From Deferribacterales bacterium (GTDB lineage Bacteria > Chrysiogenota > Deferribacteres > Deferribacterales > Geovibrionaceae): 64,000 nucleotides of DNA. The translations under genes and the position numbers were made by a program. Shown piece after piece: positions 9,757 through 20,008 of this stretch. Under the pieces are notes generated by a model. It did no database searches. It was not told the DNA's origin and was given only the letters and a program-made list of their open reading frames with translations. The stretch is from assembly GCA_050251945.1 (NCBI GenBank), contig JBFWLW010000001.1, positions 352,001 through 416,000 on the forward strand. The letters are read 5' to 3'. The stretch's first letter is position 1. Every line of letters begins with the position of its first letter.

Positions 9757-10569
9757 TTATTTACGTTTGCCAAGCTCTCTGGATTTTTCCGCTGCAGCTT
9801 CCACAGCGTTCATAACTGTCGCCCGCATAGCACCTTTTTCAAGTTCGTGCAGACCGCATATGGTCGTTCCGCCGGGTGACGTAACGCCGTCTTTAAGTTC
9901 TCCGGGGTGTTTTTTGGTCTCTATGACCATCTTTGCCGCTCCCATCACAGTCTGTGCGGCAAGAAGAGTTGCGTCGGCACGCATGAGCCCCATTTTAACG
10001 CCGGCATCGCTGAGCGCCTCGATAAACTGATAAACGTATGCGGGTCCGCTGCCTGAAAGCCCTGTAACGGCATCTATTTTTGATTCGTCGACTATTATGC
10101 AGCTTCCGACGGCATCCAGCATGGATTTAACCGTGGCAAGGTCGTTATCAGTGGCAGACTTGCCGCCGCATATAGCCGCCGCACCGCTGAGAACCAGCGC
10201 CGGAGTGTTAGGCATAACGCGCACGATATGCGTATCTTCACCAAGAAAACTCTCTATATATTCTGTAGTTATCCCCGCCGCGATGGAAACGATGAGCTTA
10301 TCGCGCACCCTGCCCTTAAGCTGGCGAAGAACAACGGATATTATCTGCGGTTTCACAGCAAGAACTATTATATCTGCAAAATCGGCAACCTTTTTGTTGT
10401 CTTTGGCAACGCCATCGATACCGTAGACGGTACGGATAACCTCCAGCCTGTCGACGCTGGAATCGCTGACTGCAAATTCCGTTTTAAGCTCGGATGCGAG
10501 AAGCCCCTTAATTATTGCTTCCGCCATGTTTCCGGCTCCGATAAAACCTATTTTCAGAGTTTCAGTCAT
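9757..10569 (-). CDS. proC: Pyrroline-5-carboxylate reductase
   Basis: GFIGAGNMA, AVKPQ, VRVMPNTP, SGSGPAY, VTSPGGTT; start 10569 by ATGA overlap. Confidence 0.96.
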   Translation of the reverse strand: MTETLKIGFIGAGNMAEAIIKGLLASELKTEFAVSDSSVDRLEVIRTVYGIDGVAKDNKKVADFADIIVLAVKPQIISVVLRQLKGRVRDKLIVSIAAGITTEYIESFLGEDTHIVRVMPNTPALVLSGAAAICGGKSATDNDLATVKSMLDAVGSCIIVDESKIDAVTGLSGSGPAYVYQFIEALSDAGVKMGLMRADATLLAAQTVMGAAKMVIETKKHPGELKDGVTSPGGTTICGLHELEKGAMRATVMNAVEAAAEKSRELGKRK

Positions 10570-11402
10570 TTTTCGCTCCTGTCTTTCAGCCAAACGGCAA
10601 TATTTGCAAACATCTCATCTCTATGCTGATTCAGGTGGGATGTCAATATATGAGTTTGCCCGTCTTTATCCGGAAATTCAACATACAATTTATCTTCTGA
10701 TCCGGCACGTCCGAAAAAGTTCTTCGTTGCCTTTGCGCTGACTATCATGTCTCCGGGAAACTGAAAACCAAGAAGCGGCATCTTAAAATCAGATGTGAAC
10801 CCTGCCGTATATACTGTAAGCCTGTAAAGTTCGGCAACGCCTTTCATCGGCCAGTTGTCGTAAAATATATCCGAATACTGCATGTCAAAACCTATTTTCG
10901 GCATAACAGGCATAAATTTACTGATTATGGGCGTAAGAAAGGTCATCGGAGATTTTATTTTTATGCACGGAGCAAGCAGTACGGCGCCGTCCAACCCGTT
11001 CAGATGCGCCGTCATAAGCGATACAAGACCGCCCATAGATGAACCTGCGATAAAGACTTTTTTGCAGTTTCTTCTGAGAATAAACAGTCCGTATTTTACG
11101 GAATCGTACCAGTCTGCGTATGTGATCATATTGAGATAGCGATAATCAGATGCATGTCCCGCAAGACGCACATTGTAAGTGCTGAATCCCTGACCTGTCA
11201 GGTATTCCTCCAGCGGCTGCATCTCCAGCGGGCTTGATGTGAACCCGTGGACAAGGAGAATTCCAACGTCCCCCCTCTTCTCAAAACGGGGGTAATTGGC
11301 TTTCAGTGCAACGTTTTCTGATTCTGCGCGTTTAAAGTCCAGATCGTGCAGTTCGATATCTTCGACCTCTGAAAGGTCTTTAAAAGGTTTCAGTTCAATC
11401 AT
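10566..11402 (-). CDS. Alpha/beta-hydrolase carboxylesterase
   Basis: VHGFTSSP, GSSMGG nucleophile elbow, D and H catalytic candidates. Confidence 0.85.
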   Translation of the reverse strand: MIELKPFKDLSEVEDIELHDLDFKRAESENVALKANYPRFEKRGDVGILLVHGFTSSPLEMQPLEEYLTGQGFSTYNVRLAGHASDYRYLNMITYADWYDSVKYGLFILRRNCKKVFIAGSSMGGLVSLMTAHLNGLDGAVLLAPCIKIKSPMTFLTPIISKFMPVMPKIGFDMQYSDIFYDNWPMKGVAELYRLTVYTAGFTSDFKMPLLGFQFPGDMIVSAKATKNFFGRAGSEDKLYVEFPDKDGQTHILTSHLNQHRDEMFANIAVWLKDRSEK

Positions 11403-12388
11403 CAGTATATACTGCCATCCATGTCGCTGTAGAGTCTTTCAAAAAATTCTTTTCTGTTCTGATCATATCTGGGCGCAAAATGGAAAAACCGTACTTTTTC
11501 CGCGCCGCTCTCTCTGAAAATCTTCTTTGAAAGGGTCATGGTCAGGTGTTTCTTAATATCTGCATGTTCGGCATCCTCTTCCAGAAAAACACACTCTATG
11601 AGCAAAACGGATGTGTCTTTCGCAAGAGCGACAGCTTTTTCATAATTTTCTTCACTGGGCGCAATGTCAGTTATAAAAGTGACGGATTTCGGCTTAACAT
11701 GTTCAATGAACCTGTCCTTCGCCTCTCTTATGGTCATTCTGACCGAACCGCCTTTGCTCTCCGCTTCAATTTCACCTTCCAGTTCGTCGGCAAGCACCCT
11801 TCTTTTCAGCTCGCCTATCCATCTGCCGGACATAAAACCGTCATCAAGGGCATCTTTTTTGACTGCGACCATCTCCCTTTCAGTAACTCTGTAACCGACG
11901 GACGGCACCCTGTGGTCGAAAATATCAAAATCCAGACGAAAACCGTCGCCGAGAACAATATCCCCGTGTTTAACGGAGCCTTTGACCATTTCAAAGCCGT
12001 CAGCGGCTGAAAACACTGCTGTTTCGTACTCTTTCTTTTCAGAATTAAGCTCGATGACCTCGTAGCTGACCGGATAACTCTTTATCAGGTTCCATGTATA
12101 CGCGTCTATCTTTCCGCGAACGTTCTTTATTATGCCCTGCGGACCGAAAACGCGAAACCGTTTGCCGGAAAGGAGTGTTCCTCTCAGGATTCTGTCGAAC
12201 CCGTAGAAATGGTCTATGTGTGTGTGGCTTATGAATATTTCAGATATGGCAAGAACTTCGGAGTTTGTCAGTCCGCCGAGCTTGCCGCAATCGAAAAGAA
12301 AACCTTCCGTCTTGTACACGTTGCGTACGAAGAACGACGTATCCTCGAAAGGCGAATTAACCTGCTTTATATCAAAATTATGCTTCAT
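11402..12388 (-). CDS. RNase Z-like metallo-beta-lactamase-fold protein
   Basis: FDCG, SHTHIDHFYG, ITD, HLT, FHFAPRY. Confidence 0.82.
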   Translation of the reverse strand: MKHNFDIKQVNSPFEDTSFFVRNVYKTEGFLFDCGKLGGLTNSEVLAISEIFISHTHIDHFYGFDRILRGTLLSGKRFRVFGPQGIIKNVRGKIDAYTWNLIKSYPVSYEVIELNSEKKEYETAVFSAADGFEMVKGSVKHGDIVLGDGFRLDFDIFDHRVPSVGYRVTEREMVAVKKDALDDGFMSGRWIGELKRRVLADELEGEIEAESKGGSVRMTIREAKDRFIEHVKPKSVTFITDIAPSEENYEKAVALAKDTSVLLIECVFLEEDAEHADIKKHLTMTLSKKIFRESGAEKVRFFHFAPRYDQNRKEFFERLYSDMDGSIY

Positions 12389-13922
12389 TAATAAGAAATC
12401 CCAGTATTTTCATAGCGTTGTCTTCCGCTCTGCCGGTAGTTTCCATCTCAAAGTCTGCGCCAATGTTCTGCGCGGTCTTCTTCTGACTCTCGTATATCTC
12501 GATACGCCCGTCAGTGACGCATATCTTGTTCTTGCGTCTTTCCAGACGAGCCAGAATTTCTTCTTCTGATGCGAAAAAGCGTATTTTCAGAAAATCACCC
12601 TTGTAAGAAACTTTAACTCTGTCCAGATATTCCATTTTGCTGAAACTGCCGTCGATAACGCTCATGCGACCGAGTTTTCTGTTGGTCTCCGCCATCATGC
12701 CAAGTTCTTCATAGAGTTTCAGGGAATTCTCTTTGGAATAGATATCAACGCCGAAATCAACGTGGACTTTGCTTTCGGGGTCAATGCCGTGCATAACTTT
12801 GCGCACAACGTCGGTGTTTATGTGCCTGACAGGGAAAATCTCGCTGAACACTTTTGCGTTCCTTGTTTTTCCGGACGCCATAAGCCCGTAAAAGATAAAA
12901 CTTTTTGTCCCGAACATATTTGACGCGTAGAGAGCCGCCATGTTCATAAGCTTAGTAACGTCATCTTTATTCTTTTTATAATGTTCCCAGTTTTCGTCTT
13001 TTGAGCTGAGCAGGAAACAGGTCACTTTCGCGCGGACATATGCCCTGTAGCAGCGATAAAAATTCAGCAGTTTTTTGGAATCCTCATCATCGTAAACCTT
13101 GAAAAAGCCCTCCAGAAGCCCGTCTGAGAATTCAGTTTTTCCCATCTGGTCAACTTCCATGCTGAGAAAGCCTATTTCAGACATAACGTCGTTGAATCTG
13201 AACCTCTGGTTAAACTCGATACAGTCGATAAGACCGAAGTCATCCCCGTCCATATAGATATGTTCAAGGCGTAAATCGCCATGTCCGTCAACAACATAAC
13301 CTTCTTTTAGCCTGCGGTCGAAAAGTTCCTTGTTCTCGTCCAGAAATTTCATGGTCTGCTTTTTTATGAAATCAAACTGTGCCGCGTTTATCAGACCGCC
13401 CTTGTAGCCTTCGGTCTGGGAGAAATTCTCTTCACAGTTGAAACGAACGATGTCATAACTGCCGTTGGCTTCCGCAGAAGACGGATCTGTTTTTATATTT
13501 TTAAAGAGTTTCGCGATATTCCCGCCTATTTTAACCGCATCTTCGGTGCCGACTTCGCCGTTTGCCACTTTCGCGGACAAAAAAGCGTCGTCCTTGATCC
13601 GTTTCATCTTAACACAGTAATCTATAGTGAGAAGTGAGCTGTCATATTTGACAAGGTCGAATGATTTCTCTCTGCGGACTATTTTCAGAACGTCCAGATA
13701 TATATCCTTACAGAAGCGCTCGTTCAGCTCTTTTTCCAGTATGCACATGGCCTTGCGTTTTTTTTTCGAGCTGAAATCAAGGAATCCGAAATCCACCGAC
13801 TTTTTAACTTTGTAAACGTAATCGTCTTTCAGAAACACATAAGAAATGTGAGTTTCCACGATTTTGTCCGGTTTAATAAGTTCTTTCATAACAGTTACTA
13901 CCGGAGTTTCGGTGATTTCCAT
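12378..13922 (-). CDS. APH-like kinase domain fused to an AAA_33 P-loop kinase
   Basis: ETHISYVFL, K.KK.VDFGFLDFS, DGHGDLRLEHI, DCIEFN; C-terminal GLMASGKT and D.VRK. Confidence 0.85.
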   Translation of the reverse strand: MEITETPVVTVMKELIKPDKIVETHISYVFLKDDYVYKVKKSVDFGFLDFSSKKKRKAMCILEKELNERFCKDIYLDVLKIVRREKSFDLVKYDSSLLTIDYCVKMKRIKDDAFLSAKVANGEVGTEDAVKIGGNIAKLFKNIKTDPSSAEANGSYDIVRFNCEENFSQTEGYKGGLINAAQFDFIKKQTMKFLDENKELFDRRLKEGYVVDGHGDLRLEHIYMDGDDFGLIDCIEFNQRFRFNDVMSEIGFLSMEVDQMGKTEFSDGLLEGFFKVYDDEDSKKLLNFYRCYRAYVRAKVTCFLLSSKDENWEHYKKNKDDVTKLMNMAALYASNMFGTKSFIFYGLMASGKTRNAKVFSEIFPVRHINTDVVRKVMHGIDPESKVHVDFGVDIYSKENSLKLYEELGMMAETNRKLGRMSVIDGSFSKMEYLDRVKVSYKGDFLKIRFFASEEEILARLERRKNKICVTDGRIEIYESQKKTAQNIGADFEMETTGRAEDNAMKILGFLINEA

Positions 13923-14747
13923 CTATTTCCCCCTGTATGATCTCAGTTTTTTTATTTCTTCTTTATAATCTTCTTCAACGGGCGTTTCCAATATGCCCAA
14001 AACATCGTTAAATCTTTTGTCGTTAACAACCTTTTTGAAAAATTCTTCACCAATTTCTCCGTCAGCAATAAGTTCGTGTCTGTCCAGACGTGAACCGAGC
14101 GGCTTTTTGCTGTCGTTAAGGTGAAACACCTTTATCTTATCCGCGAAAACACGGAAAAATTCATCAAAAACTTCGTCATATGCATCGACTATATCATATC
14201 CGGCAGCAAAAATGTGGCAAGAATCAAGGCAAACGCCTATTTTATCGCCGTGTCTGCATTTTTCTATTATACGCGCGATTTCCTCAACTCTGTGACCAAT
14301 GCAGGTACCCATTCCGGAAGTAGTCTCAAGCAGTGTCATAGCGGAAAATCCGCCCTCATCGTAGGCTCTGTCCAGAAACTCTGCCACGCTTTCGATCCCT
14401 GCGTCAACGCCTGCCTTCATATGCGCTCCCGGGTGTATCACATGAAAAGGCACTGTGAGCCTGTCGCACCTTAAAAGCTCGTCTTTAAATGATATAAACG
14501 ATTTGGAGGCTGTTTCCGGATTAATTGCGGCAGGATTTATAAGATATGAGGCGTGTGAGCAGACCTTCAGCCCGCTTTCAGCAAGCGCAGACGAAAAAGC
14601 AAGAGCCTCATTGCCTGAAAGCGGTTTGCCCTCCCATCTGTTCTTGTTCTTTACAAAAATCTGAAGGCACTCACAGCCGTCTGCAAGTGCCCTCTCGATA
14701 CTTTTATCTATTGAACCTGTTATTGATTTATGTGCGCCAATGAGCAT
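13923..14747 (-). CDS. nfo: Endonuclease IV
   Basis: IGAH, HASYLIN, HPG, LETTSG, DSCH.FAAGYD, HLNDSK, DRH, ILETP. Confidence 0.95.
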   Translation of the reverse strand: MLIGAHKSITGSIDKSIERALADGCECLQIFVKNKNRWEGKPLSGNEALAFSSALAESGLKVCSHASYLINPAAINPETASKSFISFKDELLRCDRLTVPFHVIHPGAHMKAGVDAGIESVAEFLDRAYDEGGFSAMTLLETTSGMGTCIGHRVEEIARIIEKCRHGDKIGVCLDSCHIFAAGYDIVDAYDEVFDEFFRVFADKIKVFHLNDSKKPLGSRLDRHELIADGEIGEEFFKKVVNDKRFNDVLGILETPVEEDYKEEIKKLRSYRGK

Positions 14748-14750
14748 GTT

Positions 14751-15752
14751 CTATTTGAGTTCGCCCCTCTGAAATTTCAGATAGGTCTCAACTTCGTATT
14801 TTGAACCGATAACAAGCGGCTCTTTCTGGTGAAGAGTGTCAGGAACAATGTCCAGAATATCCTGAACGCCGTTTGTTGCTCTTCCCCCTGCATTTTCAAT
14901 GATATACGCCAGCGGAGCGCACTCGTAGAGCAGGCGCAGTTTACCGCGTTTATTCTTTTCGTCGGCAGGATAAAGGAAAACTCCGCCTTTAAGCAGGTTT
15001 CTGTGGAAATCCGCAACGAGAGAACCTATGTATCTTGCTGTATATTTTCTTTCCGGATGATTTTTGATATGTTCGATATATTTTATGGTTGGTTCGTCCC
15101 AATGATGATAATTAGCTTCGTTTATGCTGTATATATTTCCACATTCAGGAATTTTCATATTGGGGTGGCTGAGTATATATTCACCTATGCTGGGATCAAG
15201 TGTAAAGCCGTGTACTCCGTTCCCTGCGGAATACACCATCATCGTGGAAGAGCCGTATATCACATACCCTGCGGCGACCATCTTGCGTCCCGGCTGCATA
15301 AAGCTTTTACAGCATGGGGTATCTGTTTCGCCGTCCTGTCTTTTATAGATGCCGAATATTGTTCCGATGCTGATGTTAACGTCGATATTGCTTGAGCCGT
15401 CCAGCGGGTCGAATACAGCGAGGTATTTACCTTTAGGATATTCTTTCGGAACCTGAATGACTTCGTCGTTTTCTTCGGAAGCCATAGCACAAAGTTTTCC
15501 GAGGTGATCCATCGCCTCTATCATCTTTTTGTCGGCATAAACGTCAAGCTTCTGCTGTTCTTCGCCGTGAACGTTAATAGACTGAGCTTTTCCGATGATA
15601 TTTACGATACCCGCTTTATTCACCTCGCGACCTATTATCTTTGAGGCAAAAGCGATTGATTCAATAAGCATGGTAAAGTCGCCGGTAGCTTCGGGAAACG
15701 CCCTCTGCTCCTCGATAAGGAATCTGTTAAGATTCGTAACACCCTTTTCCAT
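14751..15752 (-). CDS. fbp: Class 1 fructose-1,6-bisphosphatase
   Basis: GEEQQKLD, DPLDGSSNID, RYIGSLVADFHR, GKLRLLYE. Confidence 0.97.
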   Translation of the reverse strand: MEKGVTNLNRFLIEEQRAFPEATGDFTMLIESIAFASKIIGREVNKAGIVNIIGKAQSINVHGEEQQKLDVYADKKMIEAMDHLGKLCAMASEENDEVIQVPKEYPKGKYLAVFDPLDGSSNIDVNISIGTIFGIYKRQDGETDTPCCKSFMQPGRKMVAAGYVIYGSSTMMVYSAGNGVHGFTLDPSIGEYILSHPNMKIPECGNIYSINEANYHHWDEPTIKYIEHIKNHPERKYTARYIGSLVADFHRNLLKGGVFLYPADEKNKRGKLRLLYECAPLAYIIENAGGRATNGVQDILDIVPDTLHQKEPLVIGSKYEVETYLKFQRGELK

Positions 15753-15882
15753 AACACCCTCTTATATTTGTATACCTATTATTTGTGTTATATGTGAAGC
15801 ACTTATTAAGTGTAACCATTCGTTTTGAAAATGTAAAGAAAATAACAAGTATTAATTTTTCCTATAGGCAGAATATGCCAAT

Positions 15883-16584
15883 TTATATAATATCCATAAT
15901 GGTTTTCAGGCTTTTAAGAGGTTTCTCAAACACATGTCCGGCATAAGCGCCAAGAGCCGCAAGCACCTGTATCTCTTGTTTTCTGTTGATTGTCAAAGCC
16001 TTATACAACGGAGCATTGCCGAAACAGCGGATTATGTATGCCGATTCCCTGTCGCAAAAACTGTCAAGATCAAGCTCTTTGGCGCAGGTCGGGCAATACA
16101 TTCCGTTTGATGCAACGGTAAAAATATCCTCACCTGAAGAGCAGTTCGCACAGTTTTCGGTATCGTACATAAGCCCTGCGCGGCGCAGCATAAAATATAT
16201 CAGATAAGGTGTTATTTTTCTGTAATTTACGTCATCAACCTTAAGTATCAGGTCAAACAGGCGATCGTCAGGCATATCCACCTGATAAAGTCCGTCCAGT
16301 ATCTCGAAAACAAGATGCAGTCTAAGAATTATCTCATGATTATTCAGATACTTATAGAATCCCGTATCCGGCTCGAACGAATAGAATCTGCTGAGGTCAC
16401 TGTCTTTTCTGCCGATGTCGAGCAGCCCCGGAATAAAGGTCATCACCCCGCCTTTTTTCGTGTATGCCTTCGGCACAAACAGTTTCACTTTGCCGAAATC
16501 CCTTGAGAACGCCATGGCTATGGCGGAACTGTCGGAATACTTAACAAGACGGTATAGGATGGCGCCGGTTTTCTCTCTGCTCAT
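15883..16584 (-). CDS. recO: DNA repair protein RecO
   Basis: Y.DSSAI...FSRDFGKV OB-fold start; CxxC...CxxC zinc finger; near era. Confidence 0.8.
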   Translation of the reverse strand: MSREKTGAILYRLVKYSDSSAIAMAFSRDFGKVKLFVPKAYTKKGGVMTFIPGLLDIGRKDSDLSRFYSFEPDTGFYKYLNNHEIILRLHLVFEILDGLYQVDMPDDRLFDLILKVDDVNYRKITPYLIYFMLRRAGLMYDTENCANCSSGEDIFTVASNGMYCPTCAKELDLDSFCDRESAYIIRCFGNAPLYKALTINRKQEIQVLAALGAYAGHVFEKPLKSLKTIMDII

Positions 16585-16632
16585 GCAGATACATTACTCC
16601 AAAACGACAGAAATCAAAGAGCTAATTTACGG

Positions 16633-17595
16633 TTACAGCCATCTTTTCTTGCGGAAGATAAGCACGGGCAGAATCGCGGAAACTATCATGAATACCCACG
16701 AAAGCCCGTAACCGTATTTCAGTCCCAGTTCCGGAAAATGCTTGAAGTTCATGCCGTAAATGCTCGCGACCAGTGTGGGCGGCAGGAAGATGACGTTTAC
16801 CACTGTAAATATCTTAATAACCTTGTTCTGTTCGATGTTTACGAAACCGAGAACTATGTTCTGGATGTAATCCATACGGTCGAAATTGTACTTAGCGTAA
16901 TCTATAAGCGAGTTAACGTCTTTGATCATGATACGGAAGTTGTTCTTTATTATCTCCGCCAGTTTATGCGATTTAAGCAGCGCGGAAATAATGCGCTGTT
17001 TATCAATAAGGCTGTCTCTGATGTTGGTGTTAAGGTTTTCGTAGTGATAGATATAATCCAGTATATCTTCGTTGTCGATGTCGTTTGCCGACAGTTTCTT
17101 GCGAAGACCGGATATGTTGCGCGAAAGCCCTTCGATGATATCCGCATCAAGGTCGATGCGCGTTTCAAAGATATAGCTTAAGATGTATGATCCGTCGCGG
17201 AAAATGCTGGGGCTTGAAACAAGTTTTTTCACGCACTCGTTGAAGACTTTCAGTTCTCTGTATCTCATTGTTACAAGAAGATTATTCTGAAGAATGAAAG
17301 TAACGGTCTCGTTATAGACCGCTTCACCCTCGACTATAAGGAAATAACTGTTTATTGTGATATCTTTATCGGATTCCCAGAAACGGGAGCTTATCTCAAT
17401 CTCTTCCGTTTCCTGTTTTGATGGAAATTCTATCTCAAATGACTTCGCTATAGTGTTTATGTCGTCGATGGAAGGGTTTATCATATCAATCCAGAGGACG
17501 TCGACGTCGCTTTCCAGCTCTTCCATATTTTCAAGATATTCGGAAAGTTCAAAAATTTTCAGACGGGAGTTGATGTTAGTATAAATCTTAACCAT
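16633..17595 (-). CDS. corA: Mg2+/Co2+ transporter CorA
   Basis: WIDM.NP, EIEISSRF, QNKVIKIFT, PPTLVASIYGMNF. Confidence 0.95.
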   Translation of the reverse strand: MVKIYTNINSRLKIFELSEYLENMEELESDVDVLWIDMINPSIDDINTIAKSFEIEFPSKQETEEIEISSRFWESDKDITINSYFLIVEGEAVYNETVTFILQNNLLVTMRYRELKVFNECVKKLVSSPSIFRDGSYILSYIFETRIDLDADIIEGLSRNISGLRKKLSANDIDNEDILDYIYHYENLNTNIRDSLIDKQRIISALLKSHKLAEIIKNNFRIMIKDVNSLIDYAKYNFDRMDYIQNIVLGFVNIEQNKVIKIFTVVNVIFLPPTLVASIYGMNFKHFPELGLKYGYGLSWVFMIVSAILPVLIFRKKRWL

Positions 17596-17653
17596 GGCAC
17601 TTCTCCTTTCATAGCGCTGATAAACAAAGTTTTTCGGAAACGGTTCAATCCGT

Positions 17654-17782
17654 TCAGCGCGATCGGGAGTCGGAGGGCTGATCCATCTCTGTGAAATACT
17701 GTCTCTGCACGCGCATCTGCGGATGCTTGACAGCGCTTATCCCAATATGTCTGTTTTTGGTTTTCGCAGAGATTCCTGTCAT
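17654..17782 (-). CDS. Putative corA leader peptide (42 aa, or 10 aa MDQPSDSRSR from ATG 17686)
   Basis: Open frame from an ATG 1 nt after the era stop; its stop lies in a stem pairing with the corA SD region. Confidence 0.5.
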   Translation of the reverse strand: MTGISAKTKNRHIGISAVKHPQMRVQRQYFTEMDQPSDSRSR

Positions 17783-17783
17783 G

Positions 17784-18674
17784 TCAATAAAGCCCCTGTA
17801 ATCTCAGATATTCGTCTTTAGTCTGCCATCCTTCAATAACTTTAACATATAATTCCAGATAAATCTTTACACCGAAGAAATTTGACAAAGAAATGCGTGC
17901 CGCCGTACTTATCTCTTTAAGCTCACGCCCGCCCTTGCCTATAACTATCCCCTTCTGGGAATCACGGTTAACGATTATCGAAGCCGCAATGTACATCAAA
18001 TTGTCGTTTCTGTCTTCAATTTTTTCTGTTTCAACAATTATCTGATATGGAATCTCGTCTTTCAGTCTGCGGAACACCTGCTCTCTGATAAATTCAGAAA
18101 TAAGAAGTTTTTCCGGCTGTGTGGTTATCTCATCGTCGATAAAAAGAGGGTCGCCTTCCGGAAGCTCCTCAATGGTAAGCTCAATCAGCTTGTCCACGTT
18201 TGTACCTTTCAGAGCGGAAACGGGAAGCACATGTTTAAACTGGAGTTTAGGAAAAAATTTGTTAGCGGCGTCATAGATCTGTTCACGTTTAAAGTTGTCA
18301 ACTTTGTTAACCACCAGAAACTTAACTGCCTCAGTCTTTTCCAGCACTTTAACAAGGCTTTCAAGCTCCGGTCCCATAAACTCGTCGGGCTGCACAAGCA
18401 TATATATAACCTGCGCATTATCAAGGCTGTCTTTTGCCTGCTGAACCATCATCTTGTTTATGGAATCTTTTGCGTTGTGATACCCGGGGGTGTCTATGTA
18501 GATGATTTGGGAATCCTCTTTTGTGAGGATTCCCTGAATGTTTGTTCTTGTCGTCTGCGGTTTCGCGGACGTAATTGCTATCTTTTCGCCAAGGATGGCA
18601 TTAAGCAGTGTTGATTTGCCCACGTTGGGGCGTCCTACTATTGCTACGAAACCTGTTTTATGCTGTTTGTTCAT
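17784..18674 (-). CDS. era: GTPase Era
   Basis: GRPNVGKSTL, QTTR, DTPG, NKVD, KH domain QKGIVIGKGG. Confidence 0.97.
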   Translation of the reverse strand: MNKQHKTGFVAIVGRPNVGKSTLLNAILGEKIAITSAKPQTTRTNIQGILTKEDSQIIYIDTPGYHNAKDSINKMMVQQAKDSLDNAQVIYMLVQPDEFMGPELESLVKVLEKTEAVKFLVVNKVDNFKREQIYDAANKFFPKLQFKHVLPVSALKGTNVDKLIELTIEELPEGDPLFIDDEITTQPEKLLISEFIREQVFRRLKDEIPYQIIVETEKIEDRNDNLMYIAASIIVNRDSQKGIVIGKGGRELKEISTAARISLSNFFGVKIYLELYVKVIEGWQTKDEYLRLQGLY

Positions 18675-19965
18675 ATTCGGCGGAGTTCTCCTCGTTATCT
18701 TCAGGCTCTCTGTGTAGCCTTGTTAACTCCACCTTGTCAAGTCTTCTTTCGTTTTTGTTTAATATTTTAAACGAATAGCCGTCGAATTCGTACACTTCGC
18801 CGACCTCCGGAATTTTCCCGGCAATGTCAAAGACAAGTCCGCCAAGTGTTTCGTATTCCTCCATATCGTGAGTTTTCTCAAGCTCGAATTTTTCACAGAA
18901 GTCGTCGATATCCATACGCACATCAACGATATAAGTATCATTAGAAGTTTCAACCACCTCGTGTTCTTCCGTGTCATACTCGTCCCATATCTCACCGACA
19001 ATCTCTTCCAGAATGTCCTCAAGTGTGACGATTCCGGCAACACCGCCGTATTCGTCGATCACCACCGCCATATGATTGCGGCTTTTCTGGAATTCTCCCA
19101 TCATGGAATCTATCTTTTTGGTCTCCGGCACAAAGAAAGGTTTTCTTATAACTTTTCTCAGGTCGAAATTGACTCCGTCTTCCTTAACGAATTTCAAAAG
19201 GTCTTTGACATAAAGGATACCGACAATTCTGTCGATGCTGTCTTCATATACGGGGATCCTTGAAAATTCGGAGGCGAGTATCCTGTCCAGATACTCTTCC
19301 GCAGGAGCGTTTATGTCCACGGCAACCATATCCGTTCTGGGCACCATGACCTCTTTTACATATATTTCACTGATATCAAAGATATTTTGAAGCATTTTTG
19401 TTTTATTGTCTTCAAGCATCCCCTCTTTTCCGCTTTCAGAAATGTAGAATTCAAGCTCATCTTCAGTTATCTTGTGCCTGGCTTTTTCCACATTACCGCC
19501 GGAAAGAACGATTATCCATCTCACCAGTTTATTAAGTGCGAATGAAAGAGGATAGAACACAACGAATGGCACTTTCAGTGTTTTTACAATGAAAACGGCA
19601 TGTTTTTCAGCGTTATGTTTGGCGTAGGTTTTGGGTGTTATCTCTCCGAAAATGAGGACTGTAAGGGTCATTATACCCGTTACAAGGGCGATATTGGAAT
19701 TACCCGCTATCTTGGCGGTGAAATCCGTTGCCAGAACAGAAGCCAGAATGTTGACAATGTTGTTTCCGATAAGGATGGTGTTAAGCACCTTGTTCGGGTG
19801 ATCAAGCCACAGACTAAGCGGCTTATTTTTAGGGTTTTCGTCCATCATGCGGCGCACCCGTATCTCGCTGAGAGACGTCAGGGTAGTTTCGCTTCCTGAA
19901 AAGAATGAAGAGAGGACGATACAGAGCACAATCGCAAGTAACTCAATGATTAACGAATCACTCAC
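18658..19965 (-). CDS. CNNM/HlyC-CorC family Mg2+ transporter (DUF21 + 2 CBS + CorC)
   Basis: SSFFSGSET, TILIGNNIVNI, FGEITPK, VMVPR, SRIPVY, VIDEYGG...LEDILEEIVGEI. Confidence 0.92.
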   Translation of the reverse strand: MSDSLIIELLAIVLCIVLSSFFSGSETTLTSLSEIRVRRMMDENPKNKPLSLWLDHPNKVLNTILIGNNIVNILASVLATDFTAKIAGNSNIALVTGIMTLTVLIFGEITPKTYAKHNAEKHAVFIVKTLKVPFVVFYPLSFALNKLVRWIIVLSGGNVEKARHKITEDELEFYISESGKEGMLEDNKTKMLQNIFDISEIYVKEVMVPRTDMVAVDINAPAEEYLDRILASEFSRIPVYEDSIDRIVGILYVKDLLKFVKEDGVNFDLRKVIRKPFFVPETKKIDSMMGEFQKSRNHMAVVIDEYGGVAGIVTLEDILEEIVGEIWDEYDTEEHEVVETSNDTYIVDVRMDIDDFCEKFELEKTHDMEEYETLGGLVFDIAGKIPEVGEVYEFDGYSFKILNKNERRLDKVELTRLHREPEDNEENSAEYEQTA

Positions 19966-20008
19966 TCATAGCTCCTTTGAAGCAATAACACGAACTGTCC
20001 GAGTCCAT
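19958..20008 (-). CDS. Putative acidic leader peptide MDSDSSCYCFKGAMSE overlapping the CNNM start
   Basis: 16-codon ORF with GAGGT upstream; it spans the CNNM SD and stops just after the GTG start. Confidence 0.5.
   Translation of the reverse strand: MDSDSSCYCFKGAMSE

Noticed and set aside
17596..17783. M-box (ykoK) riboswitch upstream of corA
   Set aside because: Conserved M-box sequence not recognised; the uORF/hairpin model fits better, and an Rfam scan would decide
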